Origin: a virus
Taxonomy: Duplodnaviria > Caudoviricetes
Direction: 5' to 3' (one strand)
Length of the DNA stretch: 35,834 bases
IMG/VR virus record: IMGVR_UViG_3300033487_000024
Span: 1-35,834 of that record
Below the pieces are notes generated by a model. It had not been told where the DNA came from, did no database searches, and saw nothing but the letters and a program-made list of their open reading frames with translations. The position numbers and the translations under genes were made by a program. Below, piece after piece: positions 7,645 to 16,540 of the stretch (positions are counted from its first letter, which is position 1; each line of letters begins with the position of its first letter).

Positions 7645-8559
7645 ATGGAAGGCGAATGGCCGGAGTTCTCAATTCCAAGCGTCGATGAAGCAGGGGGGAG
7701 TGCGCCAGCAGCGTCCACTCCGGGCGGAAGCGGTGGTCCCGCGCCCACCACACCGGGTCAGACTGCGCCAGCCGGTACTCCGCAGCAGACCCAGCCATCG
7801 ACGACTGACGAGAACATCCCGAAGTACCGCTACGACCAACTCAACACCCGCACGCAAGAACTGGAACGCAACTTCCAGCAGATGCAGGAGATGAATACGC
7901 GGCTGACAGACGCCCTCGCTCGGGCGATGGAAGCCGCACGTCCCGCAGCCCCGAACGAGCCAGCCCTCGACCCAGAGGAAGCGCAGCGTCGGGAGAACAT
8001 CAGGAAGCAGCTTCAGGAGATCTACCCTGAGCTTGGCGACCTGAACTCGGTACGCGACATCATCAAGCTCAAGGACAAGCTGGAAGCTGTCGTCGCGCAG
8101 AGCGAGCAGAACGCGAGTCGCGATGCAGAGCGGTTCGATGACTACGCCAAGCGCAGCATCTCCGCTCTCCACAACGAGTTCGCGGCTGTCTTCGGCAAGG
8201 GCAAGACCGCAGCCGATCTGAACGACGACCAGCGGAGAGAGATCGCGAAGTCCTTCGTGGACTGGATCGGCGCGGACCCCACCCGAATCCGGCGCTACGA
8301 CATGGGCGACAACGCGGCTCTTCGCGGCGAGTTCATCAAGGCGTGGACGGATCGTTGGGTTGAACCGCTGAGACGCACGGGCGCGGCGCAGACGATGCGA
8401 CAGGCTCGCACGACGGAGAGGCTCCCTGTGGGCGGATCCGCGTCGAGTCCGCTCGGCACGCCAGCACCCAAACCATCAACCCAGAAAGATGACGACGACG
8501 AGGCAATCTTCCGGCGCGGTTGGGAAGTGGCTCAGAACATTCTCTCAGCCGAACGGTAG
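7645..8559 (+). CDS. Capsid scaffolding protein
   Basis: Lies between portal and MCP. Disordered N-terminus, IPKYRYDQLN followed by a coiled coil, and a short C-terminal helix. Confidence 0.8.
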   Translation: MEGEWPEFSIPSVDEAGGSAPAASTPGGSGGPAPTTPGQTAPAGTPQQTQPSTTDENIPKYRYDQLNTRTQELERNFQQMQEMNTRLTDALARAMEAARPAAPNEPALDPEEAQRRENIRKQLQEIYPELGDLNSVRDIIKLKDKLEAVVAQSEQNASRDAERFDDYAKRSISALHNEFAAVFGKGKTAADLNDDQRREIAKSFVDWIGADPTRIRRYDMGDNAALRGEFIKAWTDRWVEPLRRTGAAQTMRQARTTERLPVGGSASSPLGTPAPKPSTQKDDDDEAIFRRGWEVAQNILSAER

Positions 8560-8580
8560 TGCCTCACCGGAGGTACGGAC

Positions 8581-9888
8581 ATGGCAGGAGCCAACACTCA
8601 GGTAATCTCCGCCACCTTGAAGACGGTCTTCGAGGACTTCGTGGCGGAGCAGACCAACAACAAGTTCCCCCTGAAGGATGAAGTCAAGTTCAAGCAGCTT
8701 GACTACGCCGGTCAGGAGGTTCAGTACATCGCGCACGTCACCCGCAACATCTCCCCGATGTTCGTGGGCGAGGACGGCGCGTTCGCAGACGCCGGAGCGC
8801 AGGGCAGCGTCCGGGTCCACATCAACCAGCGCAAGCTCATGGCTCGCGTTCGGATGACTTCCGAGTCGATGGCCGATTCGATGAAGTCGGAAGGTGCCTA
8901 CGTCTCGGCTCGCAAGGACGAGATGACGCGCCTCATCGACGACATCGCACGCATGGAGGAGTACGCGCTGTCGAGCGACGGGCGCGGCGTCCTCTGTCTG
9001 GTGGACACGGCCACCCCGAACGGCGACGGCGTGACGCTCACGGTGGACGCCCCCGGCAACATCCCCGGAGACGACTTCGGGAACCGCTTCATCCTGCCGG
9101 GGATGTACGTCGCGTTCATCGACCCGGCCACGGGCGCTCTGCGCTCGGGGATCCGCAAGGTCGTTTCGTGCGCGTCGGGCGGGGGCACGATCACCCTCGA
9201 CGCGGCCCCCGGAGCCACCGTCGCCAACAACGACTACGTGGTTCAGGCGGCGAACTCGTCGGTCACGGACGCGCTCGACACGAGCTACGAGCATGGCTTC
9301 TACGGGCTGTGCGGCCTGTTCGACGACGGCACGTTCCGCAACAACTACTTCGGTGTGGACCGCTCGATCTACGGGCAGTACCAGACCTACGTGAAGTCGT
9401 CCACGGGCGCTCTCTCGCTCGACCTCTTCCAGCAAGCGTCGGACATCGTGGATCAGAAGCTCGGGGGCCGCATCGACATCATGACGATGCACCACAGCGT
9501 TCGTCGGCTCTACCTCCAGCTTCTCGAATCCGACCGGCGCTACACGGCGTCCAGCCTCCAGCGGCCGGACGGCGGAACCGTCGCCTTCAAGCAGGGTGAC
9601 ATCACAATGGGCGAGGTGCCCATCAAGGCACTCCGCACGCACCCGCTCGCGATGGTGTTCGGCTGGGACACCAAGGGCGTCGATCTCGTCTGCTACGGCT
9701 CCGAGAAGGGCAAGTGGGTGGACGAGGACGGGAACGTGCTGATTCGCGTCGGCTACGGCACGGCGGCGCGGGACAGCTTCGAGGCGTGGTACCGGAAGCG
9801 GCAGCAGTATCACGCTCGGTACCCCGGCAAGGCGTTCCGGCTGGATGGCGTGACCGGCCAGTCGCTCATCGTCGTTCGCGACTTCTAG
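8581..9888 (+). CDS. Major capsid protein (HK97 fold with beta insertion domain)
   Basis: 435 aa after the scaffold, with GGAGGT RBS, strong codon bias, ISATLKTVF N-arm and a long spine helix. Followed by a hairpin. Confidence 0.9.
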   Translation: MAGANTQVISATLKTVFEDFVAEQTNNKFPLKDEVKFKQLDYAGQEVQYIAHVTRNISPMFVGEDGAFADAGAQGSVRVHINQRKLMARVRMTSESMADSMKSEGAYVSARKDEMTRLIDDIARMEEYALSSDGRGVLCLVDTATPNGDGVTLTVDAPGNIPGDDFGNRFILPGMYVAFIDPATGALRSGIRKVVSCASGGGTITLDAAPGATVANNDYVVQAANSSVTDALDTSYEHGFYGLCGLFDDGTFRNNYFGVDRSIYGQYQTYVKSSTGALSLDLFQQASDIVDQKLGGRIDIMTMHHSVRRLYLQLLESDRRYTASSLQRPDGGTVAFKQGDITMGEVPIKALRTHPLAMVFGWDTKGVDLVCYGSEKGKWVDEDGNVLIRVGYGTAARDSFEAWYRKRQQYHARYPGKAFRLDGVTGQSLIVVRDF

Positions 9889-9916
9889 GCGGGGGATTCG
9901 CAGTACCCGGTCTAGT

Positions 9917-9953
9917 GGAGGGGCTGGGCATAGTGACCCGGCCCCTCCGTTTA
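9917..9953 (+). terminator. Hairpin after MCP (terminator or stabiliser)
   Basis: GGAGGGGCTGGG/CCCGGCCCCTCC 12-bp stem (one G-U), 8-nt loop, short GTTTA tail. Confidence 0.6.
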
Positions 9954-9966
9954 CCGAAAGGGGAGC

Positions 9967-10458
9967 ATGAGAGACGAAAGCATCGTCGAAGTCGTCAATC
10001 GCACGACAGAGCCGCTCAACTTCACTTGGGACGGAGTTCCGGGTGTAGTGCCTCCGGGGTACCGGAAGAACGAGAAGGGCGTCATCGTTCCGGCGGGGAG
10101 GGACGGCCAGCCGCGCACCCATCACCTTCAAACGTCGATTGCGGAGATCGCACGACGCCAGAACGTGAAGAGCGGCAGCGAGGATCGGTGGACGGGCGAA
10201 GTGGAGATGTTGATCGGCGTTGCCGTGCGCGACGAAGAAGGCACGCTCACGATGGCTCCGAACTGGATCTTCAACGACATCAGCTACACGGAGAAGGGCA
10301 CGTCAATCGAGCGGTTCAACCGTGAGTCGATGGGAGAGGCAGACCGCGCCGTGAGCGCGGTACCTGCCCGTGGGTTTCCCCGTGGACGCGGTGCCGCCAT
10401 CGAAGCCGGGAACTTCAACGAAGGGCCAATCGGCATCAGAACCGGCGAAGGACAGTGA
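9967..10458 (+). CDS. Hypothetical protein (head-associated by position)
   Basis: 163 aa with GGGGAG RBS and typical codon usage. Confidence 0.8.
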   Translation: MRDESIVEVVNRTTEPLNFTWDGVPGVVPPGYRKNEKGVIVPAGRDGQPRTHHLQTSIAEIARRQNVKSGSEDRWTGEVEMLIGVAVRDEEGTLTMAPNWIFNDISYTEKGTSIERFNRESMGEADRAVSAVPARGFPRGRGAAIEAGNFNEGPIGIRTGEGQ

Positions 10459-11147
10459 TGCTGCACTCGCTGAACGCCCTACCCTCGGGGAACTTCGACC
10501 CTCGACTGAACTACATCGAGGAAGCGAATCCCTTCGGGCTGGCGTCCCCTCCGACATGGTTCCTGAAAGACCTTTGGGACTACGACCCGTGTCTGGTAAT
10601 CTTCCCGTCGAAGGAAGAGGCACTCTTCCGGTTGGCGAGGCGAGCGGAACACGGATCGCCAGTCCTTCGGATGATGCAGGGACGCCCGGACACGGAGATG
10701 TTCGTCCGACATCGGCTGGTGCCAGTGACATCGATCCTGCCAACACCGATGGTGAAGTGGGGGCCGGTTCTCCTGAAGGATCTGGCCGACCGCGATTTGA
10801 GACGAGTCGGTGGATACAAGAAGGCCGCAAGAGTTCTCGACCAATTCGACGAGGACGCTGAGACGCGGTGGAAGCGAGAAACGGCAGAGGGCGCGGAGGT
10901 TCGAGCGCGTGCCTCATGGAAAGGCCAGAAGTGGTCGAACGGAGAAACCGTGGATCTCGGTGCCCGAAAGATCCCCGGCGCGAGACGCTCGAAGCGACGT
11001 GAGTATTTCACGGGCGTAGGAGACTCGCGATTGCGACCCACCCAAGCGGGTGATGGCGCATTGTTCGGGCGTGATCCCCTGAAAGAAGCTACGCCTTACT
11101 TCGACGAGAAGCCGACCGAAAGCCGGATCATCGTCGCAGTACCGTAG
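10455..11147 (+). CDS. Hypothetical protein
   Basis: 230 aa; the start overlaps the upstream stop (GTGATG). Contains WFLKDLWDYDPCLVIFP. Confidence 0.75.
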   Translation: MMLHSLNALPSGNFDPRLNYIEEANPFGLASPPTWFLKDLWDYDPCLVIFPSKEEALFRLARRAEHGSPVLRMMQGRPDTEMFVRHRLVPVTSILPTPMVKWGPVLLKDLADRDLRRVGGYKKAARVLDQFDEDAETRWKRETAEGAEVRARASWKGQKWSNGETVDLGARKIPGARRSKRREYFTGVGDSRLRPTQAGDGALFGRDPLKEATPYFDEKPTESRIIVAVP

Positions 11148-11161
11148 CGAGGAGAACACCG

Positions 11162-11629
11162 ATGGCTCTCTCTCTCGAAAACATCAACCTCGTCAAGCAG
11201 CGTTCGCGCTGGCAGACCCTCAAGAAGCCAGCCCAGACGGAAGCCCTCCGCGCTCTGTGGATTCACATGGAGCAGAAGGGCAACCCGGACCTCCAGTTGG
11301 TCACGTTCGACCAGACGGGGAACGCGGACACCGTGATCGCGGACGCCGCGTGCAAGCTCTACGCGGTCGTCTTCAACAAGCCAGCGACCTCGACCACCGC
11401 CGCGTGGCTGAAGATCAGCGACCACGCGACGACGGCGGCGGCGGCTGGCGACCTCGTGATCCCGCTCGCGGCGGCAGCGGCGGCGATCAAGAACGGCGCT
11501 ATCGTCTGCCCGGACGGGCTGGACATGGCGAACGGCGTCACGATGGCATCGCACACCGCTGTCAACGGCAACACCGACAGCAACGACGCGGACGCGGCGG
11601 CTGGGTTCGTGATCATCGGCGCGGCGTAG
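11162..11629 (+). CDS. Putative minor capsid/decoration protein
   Basis: 155 aa with GAGGAG RBS, Ala/Thr-rich beta composition and MCP-like codon bias. Confidence 0.7.
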   Translation: MALSLENINLVKQRSRWQTLKKPAQTEALRALWIHMEQKGNPDLQLVTFDQTGNADTVIADAACKLYAVVFNKPATSTTAAWLKISDHATTAAAAGDLVIPLAAAAAAIKNGAIVCPDGLDMANGVTMASHTAVNGNTDSNDADAAAGFVIIGAA

Positions 11630-11636
11630 GACACGA

Positions 11637-11711
11637 CGCAGGGTAGCTCAACGGCAGAGCAAGCGGCTCATACCCGCTTGGTTGTGGGTTCGATTCCCAC
11701 CCCTGCAACCA
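11637..11711 (+). tRNA. tRNA-Met(CAT), initiator-like (C1xA72), with encoded CCA
   Basis: Cloverleaf: acceptor CGCAGGG/CCCTGCA, D GCTC/GAGC, anticodon stem AGCGG/CCGCT with loop CTCATAC, T arm GTGGG-TTCGATT-CCCAC, A73, CCA. Confidence 0.93.
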
Positions 11712-11799
11712 CTTACTGCGGCAGCAGTCCTCACGTCCCCCGTCACGGGGCCGTGGATGGTGAAGGATCTGCCGGTCCTTCACCGGAGCGGAGAACATC

Positions 11800-12864
11800 A
11801 TGGCCCAGAAGTACTTCCACAAGTTCTCGTCGCTCGACTTCATTCGGAACCTGCCGAACGCGGCTGGTTGCGGTGTTGTCGGCGGCGCACTCTTCGTCAA
11901 CGCGGACGGCACGCCGGTTCAGGTTGGCGGCGCGTCCCTCGGTAAGACGTTCTACGTCGATGCCGTGAACGGATCGGCCTCGAACGACGGCCGCAGCCCC
12001 GGCAAGGCGTTCTCGACCCTCGCGCTGGCCTACGCCGCTTGCACGGCTGGCAAGAACGACACGGTGATCATCCTGTCGGACGGCGCAACAACCGGAACGG
12101 CGCGGCTGGCCGAATCGCTGACGTGGGCGAAGGCGCAGACGCATCTTCTCGGCCTCGCGGCCCCATCGCTCTACTCACAGCGAGCGCGTGTGGCCCCGAC
12201 CGCCGCGCTCACCGCGTTCACGCCGATGATCACTCTCAGCGCGAGCGGCTGTCTCTTCCAGAACATTCAGTTCTGGCACGGCTTCACGACCGGAGCCGCC
12301 GCGCAGATCGCCCTCGAAGTCACCGGCTCGCGGAACGTCTTCCGTAACTGCCATCTCGCAGGGATGGCCGATGCGGAGTCGGCCGCTTCCGCGACCTCGC
12401 GCATCCTGAACTTCACGGGCGGCGGCGAGAACTACTTCGACCACTGTGTCATCGGCATCGACACCGTGACGAGAACCGCCGCGAACGCGAGCATCGAGTT
12501 CCTGAGCGGAGCGGCTCGGAACGTCTTCGAGGACTGCCTCTTCCCGGTCTACGCGACCGGCAGCGGCACGGGCGCTCTCTTCGTCAAGACGGCGGCAGCG
12601 GCGGCGATGGACCGCTACAACATCTTCCGCCGATGCAACTTCCTCAACCCCGGCGCTCTGTCCGGCGGCGTCACGCTGGCAGCGGTTGCGACTCTGGCGG
12701 CGGCAAGCGGCGGCGGGTTGATCTTCGACTACTGCTCGCGCTTCCTCGTCACCGATTGGGGCACGGACGCGACCTCGCTCGGTCAGATCTACGTCAACGG
12801 CTCGGGCACGGGCGGCACGGCGACGGACGACGTGGGCCGTGGCGCTGTCGCGGTAGCGTCGTAG
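11800..12864 (+). CDS. Right-handed parallel beta-helix (pectate lyase-like) virion protein
   Basis: FYVDAVNGSASNDGRSPGKAFSTLALA cap motif, then repeated NVFRNC/NYFDHC/NVFEDC/NIFRRC rungs. Confidence 0.8.
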   Translation: MAQKYFHKFSSLDFIRNLPNAAGCGVVGGALFVNADGTPVQVGGASLGKTFYVDAVNGSASNDGRSPGKAFSTLALAYAACTAGKNDTVIILSDGATTGTARLAESLTWAKAQTHLLGLAAPSLYSQRARVAPTAALTAFTPMITLSASGCLFQNIQFWHGFTTGAAAQIALEVTGSRNVFRNCHLAGMADAESAASATSRILNFTGGGENYFDHCVIGIDTVTRTAANASIEFLSGAARNVFEDCLFPVYATGSGTGALFVKTAAAAAMDRYNIFRRCNFLNPGALSGGVTLAAVATLAAASGGGLIFDYCSRFLVTDWGTDATSLGQIYVNGSGTGGTATDDVGRGAVAVAS

Positions 12865-12870
12865 TCCTCG

Positions 12871-12898
12871 AAGGGGGGCTTCGGCCCCCTTTCTTCTT
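12871..12898 (+). terminator. Rho-independent terminator
   Basis: GGGGGC-TTCG-GCCCCC (cUUCGg loop) followed by TTTCTTCTT. Confidence 0.85.
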
Positions 12899-12912
12899 GA
12901 GCGAGGTTCGAC

Positions 12913-13323
12913 ATGGCTGTCAGAACACGCGCCCAAGTATTCCACGGCGAGTTCAAGCGGCGCTTTCCGCCGATTGACTACGACCTGACGATTGCCTCGG
13001 GCGCAGACCCATCAGCCGCAGCCGTCATCCCAGCGCGAGCGGGGTACACGATCTGTCTTCAGCGCATCACGTTCAACGTGACAACGGATGCCGCCAAGAT
13101 CTTGATCGTGCGAGACGACGCGACGACGCCTCTCAACGCGGCGATCTTCCCTTCATCGCCCGGAGTCGGCACGAGGCAGATCGACTACGGCGACGAGGGG
13201 ATGATGATGACCAACGGGAAGAGCATCGACATCTCGGTAACGGGCGGGGCCGGACTCGCTGGCACGCTCGTCATCGCCGGGTACTATCTGCCGATTGGCC
13301 CGTTCACACCGTCAACGGTGTAG
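12913..13323 (+). CDS. Hypothetical beta-rich virion protein
   Basis: 136 aa with GAGGT RBS. Confidence 0.75.
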   Translation: MAVRTRAQVFHGEFKRRFPPIDYDLTIASGADPSAAAVIPARAGYTICLQRITFNVTTDAAKILIVRDDATTPLNAAIFPSSPGVGTRQIDYGDEGMMMTNGKSIDISVTGGAGLAGTLVIAGYYLPIGPFTPSTV

Positions 13324-13342
13324 CGGACAGGTGACGTGATTC

Positions 13343-13374
13343 GGGGCGGGGAGAGACAACCCCGCCCCCCTTTC
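13343..13374 (+). terminator. Hairpin, possible terminator
   Basis: GGGGCGGGG/CCCCGCCCC 9-bp stem followed by CCTTTC. Confidence 0.55.
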
Positions 13375-13387
13375 AGCGAGGTTTGTG

Positions 13388-13891
13388 ATGGCTCACCTGT
13401 ACGTGCCCGTTGCCAGCGGTGTAACTGCGATGACGCAGCGGTCGAACGCTGCCGACATCCAGATCGACTCCGACGACGACATCCTGAAATACAAGGATGG
13501 CGACGATGCCGTGCGAAAGGTGGGAACCCTCTTCACGGAACTCGTCACGGCGGCTCGCGCCATCGTCGCCGCCGACAACGGCAAGATTCTTCTGGCGAAC
13601 TCCGCCAACGACATCAACTTCACGCTTCCCGCGACCGTCCTCCACTTTCGAGTGACGATTGGCGTCCTCACACCGGCCGGTAGTGGGAAGCTCCACAAGA
13701 TCACGCCCGTCGCTGGCGACAAGATCATGGGCACGAACGCGGCCGGAACTGCGCTGGACGGCGCGGACGGGATCGCGCTCAACCACACTCAGGCGACGGC
13801 CAAGCAGGGTGATTTCGTCACGCTCGTCGCGGACGGCGCGAACGGTTACATTGTGATCGGGACGCAAGGCGTGTGGGTCAAGGCGTCCTAG
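13388..13891 (+). CDS. Putative virion protein (fibre/spike-like beta domain)
   Basis: GAGGT RBS. AADNGKILL...FTLPAT...GDFVTLVADGANGYIV pattern is common in phage fibre domains. Confidence 0.7.
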   Translation: MAHLYVPVASGVTAMTQRSNAADIQIDSDDDILKYKDGDDAVRKVGTLFTELVTAARAIVAADNGKILLANSANDINFTLPATVLHFRVTIGVLTPAGSGKLHKITPVAGDKIMGTNAAGTALDGADGIALNHTQATAKQGDFVTLVADGANGYIVIGTQGVWVKAS

Positions 13892-13901
13892 TGAGGGGCA
13901 C

Positions 13902-14618
13902 ATGGCGACCACGCTTCAGTCGCTCATCACGGATGGGCGAGCGCATCTCATCGCGCCGATTACGGGCGACAACGCCGACGAGTTCTGGACCGACGCGGAA
14001 CTGCTCGGGATTCTGAACCGTGGGATCAAGGAACTCTGGAGGGCGATCAACGACAACTTCCAGAACTACTTCCTCACGGTGGACAAGACGAACGTCTCGA
14101 TTGCCTCTGGCACCGATCTCCTGAGCGGCGTGCCCTCCGACGTGTCGATCGTACGGTTCATTGGGCCTCGCAGCCCTGCCGACTATCCGTACATGCGGTT
14201 CGAGTACAGGAACCTCGACCACAAGGACTACCTTGCGGCCAAGGCGCAGGGCACGGTCGATGCGAGTCAGGCGCGGTTGATCTACTTCTACATCTCTCAG
14301 GCTGGCGCTCCCGTCGCCGCCCCGGAGATCCACATCGCGCCGACACTCAGCGCGAACATCAACCTCGAACTGTGCTACGTGCCAGTTCTGACGACGCTCG
14401 CGGCGACCGACTACAACCCGATCCCCGGAGAGTCCGATCAGGCGCTCATCGACTGGCTCGTCGCATGGGCGCGAGCGAAGGAGCGCGAGGACCGCACGCC
14501 TGACCCCGGATGGATCCAGATGTACGCGACGGAGAAGGCGAACATTCTCGTGTCGCTCACGCCACGGCAGACGCAAGACGACGACGTAGCTGAAGCTCTC
14601 TTCGAGGAGTGGACGTAA
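13902..14618 (+). CDS. Head-tail adaptor (podovirus type)
   Basis: TTLQSLITDGR...FWTDAELLGILNRGIKEL...IHIAPT...LELCYVP...ALIDWLVAWARAKE. Sits immediately before the nozzle genes. Confidence 0.75.
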   Translation: MATTLQSLITDGRAHLIAPITGDNADEFWTDAELLGILNRGIKELWRAINDNFQNYFLTVDKTNVSIASGTDLLSGVPSDVSIVRFIGPRSPADYPYMRFEYRNLDHKDYLAAKAQGTVDASQARLIYFYISQAGAPVAAPEIHIAPTLSANINLELCYVPVLTTLAATDYNPIPGESDQALIDWLVAWARAKEREDRTPDPGWIQMYATEKANILVSLTPRQTQDDDVAEALFEEWT

Positions 14619-16540
14619 TGGCGAAGAGCCAGATCGAAAGCCATCGGCTCGCCACGTACAACCTTGGCGAAAAGGGCGTCGTCATCACGAAGAGTCCTGT
14701 CCACGGAGAGGACGGCGAGTTGGCGCTCGCGCAGAACGCCGTGCCAAACCCAGAAGGGGGCTTGCAGGGTATTCGGAAACGCATCGGCTTTCGGGCGCTC
14801 AACGTCACAGCGGCGGCTGGCGGCATCCTTGCGTTCATCTCTTGCAACCTCGAAGACCCCGGTGTGATCGCCGTCAATCCAGCCGCCTTTGGGAAGTGGC
14901 TCTACTCGACCAATGGCGGGACAACGTGGACGTACCTCGAAGTGCAGCAGACGGTGGACGCGGCTGACATCCCAGCCAACTACGACGGCTTCGACCGGCT
15001 TGCCTTCCTGCATCTCACGGAAGATACCGACAAGACCGGCCTCGTCGCCATCGATCAGGTTGCGGGAGTCAACGCTTGGGCCGCGAGCAACGTCCCAGCC
15101 GCCGGAGATGACCCCGGCCGCGTGCCATACACGATTCAGCACGCGCTCGACTTGGGAGACGGATATCTCTACTACGTCGCCGCAGACGGACTCTCTGTTC
15201 GACGCTGGACCGCTGACGAAGACACCGAACTCTGCGACCTATCCGCTGTCATCACCGGCATCGTCGATTGGGACACGGACGGCACGAATCTCTGGTTGCT
15301 CACGACGGTCAATATCGGCGGCGGGACTCCAGACAACCAACAGGTCTACAAGATCACCGTGTCGAACGGGACTGCCGCGAAGGTCGGTACGGTTCTCGCA
15401 GCCTCCGGCGGCACATGGGACGGCGTGACCGCGTGGAACCGCGTCTACTACTCGCTCGCCGTGATCAAGCTGAATGGCACGACTCCGACCGTTGTCATCG
15501 GCGGCTACGAGTGGGTAATCGACACGTACACCAGCGAACACACGCAACAGGCGCACGTCGTCAAGCTGGACGGATCCGCATCCGACGCGACGGCTCCCAC
15601 CGTGATTCTCACGTCCTACGACACGAAGGACGTTCCGACCGGACACGCCAACGCGACCCTGACGGCGCAGTCGCTCTTGTCATCGCCCCCGTCCTCGTTC
15701 TCGACTGGCACGCAACCGACCACGGTGCAGTTCGCAGTCGGAGACACGATCACGATTGGCGACATCACGTACACGGCGGTCGAAAAGGCAACGCTCGCCA
15801 ACAACACTCCGTACCAGTTCTTTCGCGGAGGCGTGTGGGCAACAGAGTCGATTTACCACCCGCCGGGAATTGTGCTGGCCCCGATTGGCTGGACCGGAAG
15901 CAACCCCGGAACCACGGAGTACCGATACACCTACGTAGGAGGGCTGACAGGGCTTCTCTACGCGATCTACGGAAACTCGGCCGGTGGTTATTGCACGGCA
16001 TCGACTCCGGCACACCCGCTTGTCTCCGCCTCTGGAGGGGATAGAACGATCACCGTCACGGCGCGAGCGTCAGGCACGTCAGGCAACGGCATCACCGTGT
16101 CGGAAACCTCGTCTATCGCATCGTGGAGCGGAACGACGCTCTCTGGCGGCGTCTACACGGTTCAAGCGAAGGCGAATCGTCTGCGCGTGACCGACATCAT
16201 CAACGACGCCACAATCGGCGCTCTCTACTGCGCTGTGTCCTCGAACGGTGGACACTCCGAGATCAAGAAGATCGTCTACCCCATCATCGCTGGCGCGTGG
16301 ACCGCTTCATGGGCCGACGTGCGAAGTCAGTTGTACCCGTTCGGCTACGTAAGCGTGTGGGCCGACGACAACGTGCTGCTCTTCCTCGAAACGCCGGAAG
16401 CGATCTCCCTCCAGTTGTCGAAGGGCGTCAAGGTTGGAACGACGGTGTTCTACCTGATTGGGACTGGCCTTTCGACTTCGGCCGACATCAACCTGATTGC
16501 GCTGGCATCCGGGGCGCTTCAAAGGATCGAGTTGCCATGA
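14618..16540 (+). CDS. Tail nozzle N-terminal segment fused to propeller and beta-insert domains
   Basis: TAATG coupling. N-terminus KGVVITKSPVH...ELALAQNA...GIRKRIG matches the start of P22 gp10/T7 gp12-like nozzles, followed by propeller-like blades. Confidence 0.6.
   Translation: MAKSQIESHRLATYNLGEKGVVITKSPVHGEDGELALAQNAVPNPEGGLQGIRKRIGFRALNVTAAAGGILAFISCNLEDPGVIAVNPAAFGKWLYSTNGGTTWTYLEVQQTVDAADIPANYDGFDRLAFLHLTEDTDKTGLVAIDQVAGVNAWAASNVPAAGDDPGRVPYTIQHALDLGDGYLYYVAADGLSVRRWTADEDTELCDLSAVITGIVDWDTDGTNLWLLTTVNIGGGTPDNQQVYKITVSNGTAAKVGTVLAASGGTWDGVTAWNRVYYSLAVIKLNGTTPTVVIGGYEWVIDTYTSEHTQQAHVVKLDGSASDATAPTVILTSYDTKDVPTGHANATLTAQSLLSSPPSSFSTGTQPTTVQFAVGDTITIGDITYTAVEKATLANNTPYQFFRGGVWATESIYHPPGIVLAPIGWTGSNPGTTEYRYTYVGGLTGLLYAIYGNSAGGYCTASTPAHPLVSASGGDRTITVTARASGTSGNGITVSETSSIASWSGTTLSGGVYTVQAKANRLRVTDIINDATIGALYCAVSSNGGHSEIKKIVYPIIAGAWTASWADVRSQLYPFGYVSVWADDNVLLFLETPEAISLQLSKGVKVGTTVFYLIGTGLSTSADINLIALASGALQRIELP

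Noticed and set aside
11637-11711. tRNA as a prophage att site, or as tRNA-Ile2
   Set aside because: No integrase or duplicated tRNA 3' end is visible and phage genes continue on both sides. C1xA72 favours fMet-like identity, though Ile2 needs a covariance-model check.
16123-16536. Upstream extension of the 16537 ORF given in the ORF track (similarly 4546-4683 and 33066-33089)
   Set aside because: The extension overlaps the preceding gene with junk-like sequence. Coupled or SD-supported downstream starts fit better.
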